Under the pieces are notes generated by a model. That model was not told the origin of the DNA and made no database searches. It saw nothing but the letters and a program-made list of their open reading frames with translations. A DNA stretch of 64,000 nucleotides, taken from NCBI GenBank assembly GCA_050952725.1, contig JBMNLN010000001.1, positions 415,638-479,637 of the forward strand, written 5' to 3'. This DNA comes from Bacilli bacterium. Its GTDB lineage: Bacteria > Bacillota_I > Bacilli_A > RFN20 > CAG-826. This document shows positions 56,513 to 64,000 of this stretch, piece after piece. A program made the position numbers and the translations under genes. The first letter of the stretch is position 1, and every line of letters begins with the position of its first letter.

Positions 56513-57484
56513 CTAGTTATCGTAGGTGACAAGTTTATCACCGACTTTGAAGAGAATACGGGAGAAGAGAAGAATAAAGATACAAGTAACCCAAGAGAGG
56601 GCACTGGCAATCCCAAACCCTTCAATATTTGTTTGGGTAAAGGCCATCCGGTAAATGTAGTTGGTCAACGTCATCGCGGCAAAGTTAGGCCCGACGTCAC
56701 TATTAGCGATCAGTGACATAATCGCCATTTCTTGGAAAGCGGCGATATACGACATGACAATTACGTAAAAGAGAGTGGGGGAAATCGCCGGCAAAGTAAC
56801 CTTTAAGAAGATTTTTCGTTTGCTAGCTCCATCGATTGTCGCAGCTTCCACCAAAGTTTTATTAACATTGGATAAAGCGGATTGAAGTTGCATGATATTC
56901 GTCCCGCGCATCCACACAGCAATAAAGATACAAAGGGGCATAAACCAAGTATCGGTGGTCATAAACAAAATCGCCTCTCCTCCAAGGCGTGTGATAATCG
57001 TGTTAACTAAACCAAACTCAGAAAAAATCCACTGCCACATTAAAGTAACTGCGACCGCGGAGGTGACACTGGGCAGATATAAAATCACGCGCGCTACTTC
57101 TTTACCTTTAAGCGGTTTGGAAAGCAGATTCGCCAGGAAAAGCGACATTAAGACAGTGATTGGCACCCCCAGGGAGAAGTAGAGGGTGTTGCGAATGGCG
57201 ATATAAACCCATTTTTTAGAAAACAGGGAGATATAATTGTCAAACCCAATCCATTCAGCTTTATAGATATTAAAGGATTTGAGATCGCAAAAGGAAATAT
57301 AAAGCGAGATAAACATCGGCAAGAGACCAAAAATAAGATAGCCGATAAACGGCATACAGGCCATCAAAGTCCCCGCCAGATTCTCATGCCTCTTCGCATC
57401 TTTCATGCTGCTGTTTCTATCGAGGCTTTTGAAGGCTTTATCTCGGACTTTTAAAATATAATTTTTACTTCCTAGAGCAATCAT
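56513..57484 (-). CDS. Carbohydrate ABC transporter permease (MalF-like)
   Basis: 323 aa, TM-rich, EAA loop (VEAATIDGASKRKIFLKVTLPAISP). Confidence 0.8.
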   Translation of the reverse strand: MIALGSKNYILKVRDKAFKSLDRNSSMKDAKRHENLAGTLMACMPFIGYLIFGLLPMFISLYISFCDLKSFNIYKAEWIGFDNYISLFSKKWVYIAIRNTLYFSLGVPITVLMSLFLANLLSKPLKGKEVARVILYLPSVTSAVAVTLMWQWIFSEFGLVNTIITRLGGEAILFMTTDTWFMPLCIFIAVWMRGTNIMQLQSALSNVNKTLVEAATIDGASKRKIFLKVTLPAISPTLFYVIVMSYIAAFQEMAIMSLIANSDVGPNFAAMTLTNYIYRMAFTQTNIEGFGIASALSWVTCIFILLFSRILFKVGDKLVTYDN

Positions 57485-59322
57485 ACACTTAACCAGTATT
57501 TTTCCCTTAATTCTCGATTAGAGTCATCAACGACACGGTTTTTCCATGATTCATAGGTTTCTTTGTCATTGCGAACATTAGCATTTAAGGTATTAGCCCA
57601 TAAATCCACCCAAGTATAGTTGCGTAGATACCACCAGTCGCCTGGGCCTTCAAACTCTAGATGTTCAAAGAAACAATCGACATTTCTTGCCTGCGAACCG
57701 GCATAGATAATTTCATCCTTAAGTGAGACTTGGTTAGGGAAGAAGCCATAACGCGCTTTCACTCGTTGGCCTTCTTTGGAAGCGCACCAAGCGATGAATT
57801 TAGCGACGCTTTCTTTCTTATCGCACATTTCTCGGGTCACCAAACATTTCGAATTGGAGTGCCCCGCGGCTTTTCCGCGTGCCACCACCGTATCATTGCT
57901 TGGTTCAAAGGGATCTTCATACTCTTTAAATTGTGCAAGTGGGGCAATATCCCATTCATAGTTTACCGCTTGGCATTGTTGGGAAACCGTTTGCATATAG
58001 GCCGAAGATTCGACTAAAAGGGCGATTTTTCCCGAATAGAAATACATTGTCGGAGTCCGGTTAGAGAAAGTCGCTGGGTTGGGCGAAATGGCTAAACCGT
58101 ATTTTCCTTCGACTTCAGAAGATTTCGAAATACCAGTCTTTAAGTAACGGCAAAACGCTTCTCGCGTGGAGGGGAGTTCAGCTAAAATTCCATTATTGGC
58201 CGCATCTTTAACCGTTTGCCGGATGGTTGCATCACCATTATCGTAAGAATAATTCCCATTGCTCATCGCAACGAGTTTCTTGGTGATGCTGCATTCATAC
58301 TTATCCTTAATGTCAAGAGTTTCCCCTTTAATGTAGTGTTTTCCGGTAAATGTTCCTTCAAAGCCTTCATCGCTGACCACGATATAATTTTTAGCAGGAT
58401 CAAGAAGCGAGAAGTTAAATTCGCCAGTGCCGCTTAAATCGGCTAAGCAGTCGCCGCCGACTGACCAACCGTAGTTAAACCACCATTCGGTAAAATAGCC
58501 ATAAGCGAGCGTTTGGGAAATGTTTTTGTAATTAGGATTATATGAAGGGGTAAAAAGCATGGCTAAATCTTCGATTTCATCCCAGTTACAGGCGATGCGA
58601 TTGTTGAAGACCATGATTTCATTGCTTTGAGGCATCGACCAAGAGTAACCAGAGACATAGGGGTTAATGCTCCGATAAAAACCTTTTTTGGGAATGGTGA
58701 TACTAGCAATCTTGGGAAAGTCAGATTTTTTCTTGCCACGGCGATCGGCAATTTCCCCGCGATTCCAAGCCTCCATATCCTCTTCATCGACGGAGATGAC
58801 GATAATTCCCGCTTTTTTCATGAAGGTTTCATTGTAATAAAGCGCGGTGGCCTTGGTATCAATGGGCATCCCATATTGAGGTTCGCCGCGAGCGCTAGAA
58901 TTCGTCTCTTTGTTATATCTTGTTCTCAACAAGACATTTTCAGGGATATCGGAGAAATCGATATCGGTAATCGCATTGAATTCATCAGTCAATGGATAAA
59001 CGATATCCATATCCACCCATTTTTTAAATTCATTTTCCGTCACCATGAAAATATCAGGGCCTGATTTTGAGGAAGCGGTATATTGAATTACCTGTGTATA
59101 ACCGCTACCGACAGGCTTGGTGGAGGTTTGGACTTTGATATCATGTTCTAAACCGTAGGTTTTGTTGAATTCGTCGACCATCTTGTTATAGGAATCGAGT
59201 TCATTGGCGTCACCATAAATCCAAAATTCTAAAACACTGGAGTCGCGCGCACATGAGGCTAAAGAAGAGAATAGCCCGAGAACAAGTGGTAATAACAAGA
59301 GATTGGATAATTTTTTCTTCAT
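57481..59322 (-). CDS. Extracellular solute-binding lipoprotein of the ABC importer
   Basis: Start trimmed to MKKKLSNLLLLPLVLGLFSSLASC (lipobox). About 613 aa. Confidence 0.7.
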   Translation of the reverse strand: MKKKLSNLLLLPLVLGLFSSLASCARDSSVLEFWIYGDANELDSYNKMVDEFNKTYGLEHDIKVQTSTKPVGSGYTQVIQYTASSKSGPDIFMVTENEFKKWVDMDIVYPLTDEFNAITDIDFSDIPENVLLRTRYNKETNSSARGEPQYGMPIDTKATALYYNETFMKKAGIIVISVDEEDMEAWNRGEIADRRGKKKSDFPKIASITIPKKGFYRSINPYVSGYSWSMPQSNEIMVFNNRIACNWDEIEDLAMLFTPSYNPNYKNISQTLAYGYFTEWWFNYGWSVGGDCLADLSGTGEFNFSLLDPAKNYIVVSDEGFEGTFTGKHYIKGETLDIKDKYECSITKKLVAMSNGNYSYDNGDATIRQTVKDAANNGILAELPSTREAFCRYLKTGISKSSEVEGKYGLAISPNPATFSNRTPTMYFYSGKIALLVESSAYMQTVSQQCQAVNYEWDIAPLAQFKEYEDPFEPSNDTVVARGKAAGHSNSKCLVTREMCDKKESVAKFIAWCASKEGQRVKARYGFFPNQVSLKDEIIYAGSQARNVDCFFEHLEFEGPGDWWYLRNYTWVDLWANTLNANVRNDKETYESWKNRVVDDSNRELREKYWLSV

Positions 59323-59349
59323 GCTTTTTCCCTCTGTATCTTTAATCAT

Positions 59350-60627
59350 TTATTCAATGTTAATCATTTTAAATTCACCGTCTCTTAAAGATTCGTCCGC
59401 CTTGTACACGCAGATATGCGAGGCGATGGAATCATCGATTTTGGTCGTGGAAATACTCGGTTCTTCCTTTCTTAAGATGCGGACAAAATCTTCCATTAAG
59501 AGCGAATCGCCGCCACCATGGCCGACGGTTTTATCGACAAGATCGTTAACGTCTACTTCCCTTTTATCATACCATGAGGTCTGGAAATTTTGCTTTCTCA
59601 CCACGTAGGTTCCCGATTCAAAGAAGCCCTCGATTTCTCCCTTTGTGCCGATGAGATGAATCGATCTTCCAGGACGTGGAACTGCCGAGATCATCGAGTG
59701 AACCGCTGTCGACCCATTCTCGAATTTAACAATCAGGCTTTGGTGATCGACCACATCAGCGGTGGTTTTGTAAATGCACTCTCCGAAAGGATCATCAGTT
59801 TTAAGCGCCTCAATTTTTTCTTTCATCGTGATTTGATCATGCGGCTTATCAATTCCCGCGAAGGAATAATGCGGGAAGAGATCATTGAGAAGGTAGAGTG
59901 ATTTGGCGCTGTAAATACAAGTGTCGACATGGGGACAATCTAAGCAGCGAGCGGTGGAGTCTACGGGGGCGTTTTCTTTAACTAAATTATTTCTTCCACC
60001 CATACTGACGACTGAGACCGGTGTGGTTTGATTATTCAACCAACAGATTAAGTCCAAGTCGTGGCAGCATTTAGCAAGGAGCATCGAGGAGCCACATTCC
60101 TTTTCATTTTTCCATTTGCCGCGTGCGTACGAACAAGAAGTATGCGAGATACCGACGAACTCATTGGTTTGCATATGGATGATTTTCCCGATGGCTCCAT
60201 TGAGAACTTCTTGTTTAATCGCGGTGTAAAATGGGGTATAGCGCAGGACATGACCCACCATCATGAATAGACCTTTAGCGGCAGCTAAATCGCGAAGTTC
60301 AAGCAATTCCTTTTCATTATTTACCACCGGCTTTTCAATCAGCATATGATAGCCCTTTTCTAGGCAAGATTTGCCGTGATAATAGTGCAATTCATCCATC
60401 GTTGCGACAATGGTTGCATCGGCAAATTTATCTTTGGCGATGAATTCTTCAAACGAGGTGAAAAGTTGCTCATCACGGAGATGGAATCTTTCTTTAGCGA
60501 GATTTAATTTGAATTCATTGGGATCGACAACGGCTTTTATTTCTAATAACTCGGGATGATCAACGGCGTACTTTCCATAGATACTACCGCGATCTCCATA
60601 ACCGACAATCACTGCTGAAACTACCAT
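59350..60627 (-). CDS. Gfo/Idh/MocA-family NAD(P)-dependent oxidoreductase
   Basis: Start trimmed to MVVSAVIVGYGDRGS (Rossmann GxGxxG) preceded by GAAGAAGG. The track ORF begins at an upstream TTG. Confidence 0.75.
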   Translation of the reverse strand: MVVSAVIVGYGDRGSIYGKYAVDHPELLEIKAVVDPNEFKLNLAKERFHLRDEQLFTSFEEFIAKDKFADATIVATMDELHYYHGKSCLEKGYHMLIEKPVVNNEKELLELRDLAAAKGLFMMVGHVLRYTPFYTAIKQEVLNGAIGKIIHMQTNEFVGISHTSCSYARGKWKNEKECGSSMLLAKCCHDLDLICWLNNQTTPVSVVSMGGRNNLVKENAPVDSTARCLDCPHVDTCIYSAKSLYLLNDLFPHYSFAGIDKPHDQITMKEKIEALKTDDPFGECIYKTTADVVDHQSLIVKFENGSTAVHSMISAVPRPGRSIHLIGTKGEIEGFFESGTYVVRKQNFQTSWYDKREVDVNDLVDKTVGHGGGDSLLMEDFVRILRKEEPSISTTKIDDSIASHICVYKADESLRDGEFKMINIE

Positions 60628-60675
60628 AATTAACAACCTTCTTCTCCGAGTAATGTTTGCTTTCAATCAGTGCCC

Positions 60676-63636
60676 TTACTTCAAATTCATCGAAGCATCA
60701 TAATGAACATCGATATAATCCAAGGCGGCTTGATCATAAATTGCTTTGACCAAGGTAAGAGAAGCACCGATTGGAGCAGAGCATTGTTTGTAAATTCCAA
60801 ACATGAATTTATCCGCTGATGAACCGAAGTTTTGAGCTGGAACCACACAGGTATAAACGCTAGTTGAATAAATTAACTTATCATCGATGTACATATAGAA
60901 TCTCTTGTTCAACAAGATAATCGTTAAGTTGTGTGATGAACTGCCATCCTTTAAAGGGGCGGTATGATTGACTTTATCGTATTCAAACTCTGGAACGGGT
61001 CCAGCATTTGTCGCCCGCAAGTATTGCCGTGAGACAAGATTGGTCGAGAAGATAAGCCCATTAGCTGCAATCCCGTATTCATGTGATTTCGGTCTCCCAT
61101 CAGTTTGCAGGGTGCCATCGGTAATTGTAATGCCGCCATAGGAGTGGTTGAGTTCAACTCCGGGGATGCTGTGATCGGGAATGGTGACTTCGATAATGGC
61201 GGTCGAGGCCATCACATGTAAATAGTGGTACATGCCATTGCCAAAGTATGTACAACTTTCTGTAGTGGTGAAGATGTTTCCGTTGCGTTTCATCCCCCAG
61301 ACTGAATCGATGTCATAAGTAGGATCAAAATACAGTTTTAGCGTGAGTTTCCCTTCCGAAACGACAAATCCAGTAGTTGTGGAGCGGTCTTGATTAATCG
61401 CCCACCCTTTTGCATAAGCGTTAGGGATGGGCTGATCAGTAAGTTCACTAGGAATGTCTGTGGGGGCAGTCACTAGGTCACCAGCCGAAAATGGAGCACT
61501 CGGTGTTGATTCGACGGTCTTGATGTAGGAACTCTTGAAGTATTCATTTTCATTGGTTTGGAAATAATATTCCACCTTATATGAAGCGGGGACGCGGGTG
61601 GCAAAGTAAATATTGAAAGTTGTATCGCCATTGACTTCTTTGCGCAAGACGTTGATTGCATCATCTGTGCCTTCGGGAACAATCTTTTCCGCCATTAAAT
61701 CCGCGGCTCTTTCGCCAATTAATAACATATCGTCAGATGAGAAGTGGTATTTGTCGTAACAACCCGGCTTGGGTTCTTTAGTAATCGGGTCGCAAATTTC
61801 ATATGTTTCAAGCGCGTAGACATCATTCATCTTGGCGGCGATTCTCTCTTGTTCATCGCGAACATTGGAAACGCCGAGATGACCGCCAGCAAAGGTTGAA
61901 GAAATCTTCCCGACAATAAATGGGGCAGTTACCGCATTGTAATCAAAGATGGCATTGAAATCTTCCCGCAAATCGTTGATTAAGGCTTCTAAATGGATGC
62001 CATAATCGCCCGAGTTAGCTTGCGATGATTCTTGTTCACCTTGAATCCAGAGCATTCCGCCTAAGCGCACCATATAGCCACTATCTTTATAATGCTCAAC
62101 CGCATTACTAATCGTGGCCATGAAAGAATCATAGGCTTTACCAGTAATCGTCGGATTAGCACCCGCCCCTCGCATTGAGGGAGAACACCAGTTGCCATAT
62201 GTTTTTGAGACATTATCATCTTGATAGTCATAGAGCCAACTACCGCCAAAAGCGGTTTTGACAATAGTCGACATCCCACTTGGATTATTTCTTTCAATAA
62301 TCCTGCCCATCCCCACTTCGGGACCGAAGTGATTGGCGCTTGGACCAAGGCCGAATTTAACTGGGGTCGACATATTACTCACCACGTTCGCATCGGCGCG
62401 TCCATAATAGGTAACATGGGTAGTTTCGGGATAGTTATCAGCTTTATCTCCCGTAACTCCACTAACCAAAGAATAGCCAGCAGCATTTGATTGACCAGCG
62501 ATGAGATAAATATCAGCAATTGTGCTCGATTTAAGTTCGTAATCCTCGGGATTTTTATCCGTGGCTAAGATTTGGTGGAATCGCGGTTCAACCGTATAGG
62601 TGGTGTGATTGGGGACTTGGAATGATTCAGTATAAGCTGGAGTGGTTTCATCATCGATAAATTGATTGATGGTCACCGTAGCTGGATAAAGAGGTTCTCT
62701 AGTGTAAACCGCGGTATAGGAAGCGTTTTTAGTCACGGCGACCAATTCTGGAGTCCAACTATCAAAGGTATAAGTCCACGTGTTATCGTCTGGTCTAGTT
62801 GGGGGTTGCCCTTGATAGACGGGAATTTCACCGTAAGCAGTGGGAATATTAGCAATTAAAGCCCCGTTATAATTTAAAAACCGAATATCGTATAACCTAG
62901 CTGCTTCGGAAAATTGGGCAATATACTCGGTGTCTTCGTAGATGATTCCAAGTTCTGGCAACCATCCTGAAAAACTGTAAGTTTTATCAACAGTGGACGG
63001 CTTGGTGGGTTCAGCTCCCTTGTAGACTGGTTTGGTCCCACTTCCCGCTAGGGTTTCGGCAAGGATGGACCCATCATAATTTTTGAAGACGACATTTAAA
63101 GGAGTAGTTTCGGTAAAGTAAGCCACAAGCGTGACATCTGCTTTAACGATATCCGTATCAAAGTCCCATAATGTGGTTGTACCCTTGATAACCCAACCTT
63201 CAAAGTAGTAGTAAACATCACCTTCAAGATAACTTTCCAATGGCGTTGGTCTTTCAATTAATGAGCCATATTCATACTCGGTTGGCGGACCATCATCGAT
63301 GATTACGATATAGGTATTAGTGCTAGTTGTATAAACCGCGGTATAAGTTTGATCGGAATCAGCGGGATGGAGCGCAGGATCCCAACCGCCGAAGCGATAG
63401 GTATATTGGGCATCAGCTGCCCGCGTGGGAGTTGGACCTCCATAGGCGGGCATTGCTCCTTTTTTCGTCTTTGTTTCATATAAAAGGCTGTCATCATAAT
63501 TGACAAAGCGAATATCATATTCTGACTTTTCTAAATCAGAAACGCTGCTCGAACTATCACAACCTGATGCAGTGCCAGTAACAAAAAATGAGATTAAGGC
63601 AAAAATCATTGATTTGGCTAATTTGTTTTTTTTCAT
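60676..63636 (-). CDS. Giant lipoprotein (986 aa) with three N-terminal Listeria-Bacteroides (Flg_new) repeats and a SASA/DUF303-type esterase domain
   Basis: Lipobox VTGTASGC. Repeats end in YTYRFGGWDP..YTAVY, YSFSGWLPE..YIAQF and YTFDSWTPE..YTAVYT. Esterase block DIYLIAGQSNAAGYS. Confidence 0.75.
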   Translation of the reverse strand: MKKNKLAKSMIFALISFFVTGTASGCDSSSSVSDLEKSEYDIRFVNYDDSLLYETKTKKGAMPAYGGPTPTRAADAQYTYRFGGWDPALHPADSDQTYTAVYTTSTNTYIVIIDDGPPTEYEYGSLIERPTPLESYLEGDVYYYFEGWVIKGTTTLWDFDTDIVKADVTLVAYFTETTPLNVVFKNYDGSILAETLAGSGTKPVYKGAEPTKPSTVDKTYSFSGWLPELGIIYEDTEYIAQFSEAARLYDIRFLNYNGALIANIPTAYGEIPVYQGQPPTRPDDNTWTYTFDSWTPELVAVTKNASYTAVYTREPLYPATVTINQFIDDETTPAYTESFQVPNHTTYTVEPRFHQILATDKNPEDYELKSSTIADIYLIAGQSNAAGYSLVSGVTGDKADNYPETTHVTYYGRADANVVSNMSTPVKFGLGPSANHFGPEVGMGRIIERNNPSGMSTIVKTAFGGSWLYDYQDDNVSKTYGNWCSPSMRGAGANPTITGKAYDSFMATISNAVEHYKDSGYMVRLGGMLWIQGEQESSQANSGDYGIHLEALINDLREDFNAIFDYNAVTAPFIVGKISSTFAGGHLGVSNVRDEQERIAAKMNDVYALETYEICDPITKEPKPGCYDKYHFSSDDMLLIGERAADLMAEKIVPEGTDDAINVLRKEVNGDTTFNIYFATRVPASYKVEYYFQTNENEYFKSSYIKTVESTPSAPFSAGDLVTAPTDIPSELTDQPIPNAYAKGWAINQDRSTTTGFVVSEGKLTLKLYFDPTYDIDSVWGMKRNGNIFTTTESCTYFGNGMYHYLHVMASTAIIEVTIPDHSIPGVELNHSYGGITITDGTLQTDGRPKSHEYGIAANGLIFSTNLVSRQYLRATNAGPVPEFEYDKVNHTAPLKDGSSSHNLTIILLNKRFYMYIDDKLIYSTSVYTCVVPAQNFGSSADKFMFGIYKQCSAPIGASLTLVKAIYDQAALDYIDVHYDASMNLK

Positions 63637-63824
63637 ACCTTCTCCATCCAGTGAATTATTTTCACGAACTTGGATTTATGATTTTAATTATGTAATTTGT
63701 CTTATCCTATCTAAATTTTACTAGACGTGTCCAACACATTAAATAGCAGAGTTTGTTGTATAATTTTCAAAAAATGATTATTATGGTAGTGTAACCAATT
63801 AAAAAAGGCAAAAAATGAGATATT

Positions 63825-64000
63825 ATGAATGGTATTTATGAATCGCTTGCCGACGATAAAGAATACTTGCTTTTGAACTTTTACGAGAGTACAGAAATTT
63901 TTTCTCACTATCACAAAAGTTATGAATTTGTTTATTGTCTCGAAGGAAAAACTGAATTTTTTATCGATGGAAACACCATTATTTTGCATCCACACGAAAT
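63825..64000 (+). CDS. AraC-family regulator, N-terminal cupin part; runs off the window end
   Basis: MNGIYESLADDKEYLLLNFYESTEIFSHYHKSYEFVYCLEGKTEFFIDGNTIILHPHE is an AraC-type ligand-binding cupin. Divergent from the 20-kb glycan cluster. Not in the ORF track because it is under 60 aa inside the window. Confidence 0.55.
   Translation, partial: MNGIYESLADDKEYLLLNFYESTEIFSHYHKSYEFVYCLEGKTEFFIDGNTIILHPHE

Noticed and set aside
1-64000. Prophage, integron, IS or conjugative element content
   Set aside because: No integrase, transposase, recombinase, phage structural or relaxase-like ORF in any frame. The window is metabolic and housekeeping apart from the single defence-like gene.

Overview
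This 64 kb window comes from an AT-rich, low-GC bacterium that uses the standard genetic code (TGA and TAA are stops, Trp is TGG). Many genes encode lipoproteins with L-x-x-C lipoboxes, and the MsmX-like ABC ATPase carries a large insert. By inference this points to a Firmicutes/Tenericutes-type organism (Acholeplasma/Erysipelotrichia-like), not proven. Nearly all the coding capacity is carbohydrate utilisation, arranged as three loci. (i) araB-araD-araA, followed by an AraC-type regulator and a locus of a 1004-aa lipoprotein, GH42, LplABC-type ABC importer, 948-aa lipoprotein, GH43 and two tandemly duplicated ~1100-aa lipoproteins carrying a Listeria-Bacteroides (Flg_new) repeat and a SASA/GQSNM carbohydrate-esterase domain, then an MsmX/MalK-like ATPase with a ~140-aa insert. 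(ii) An FGGY kinase, class II ketose-bisphosphate aldolase and DUF4432 epimerase-like trio. (iii) A ~20 kb leftward cluster (63636 down to 43396) with a third SASA-esterase lipoprotein, a Gfo/Idh/MocA oxidoreductase, an ABC importer without ATPase, a GH43-like lipoprotein, two large secreted unknowns, a cytoplasmic GH2, a beta-propeller GH, a BNR protein and two SGNH esterases. It faces glcK (ROK) and manA, and a truncated AraC-type regulator at the window edge faces it from the other side. The housekeeping content is an ECF sigma factor, an anti-sigma-like membrane protein and an acidic lipoprotein, plus mscL, degV and tldD/pmbA. The candidate for a novel system is a solitary DUF3578(McrB-N-like)-DUF3883 gene at 39297..40526. 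It is wedged between sugar operons, has an AT-rich 259-bp leader with an inverted repeat, and lies near a probable gene remnant, so it looks like an inserted single-gene modified-DNA-sensing defence candidate. No rRNA, tRNA, CRISPR, transposase or integrase was recognised.
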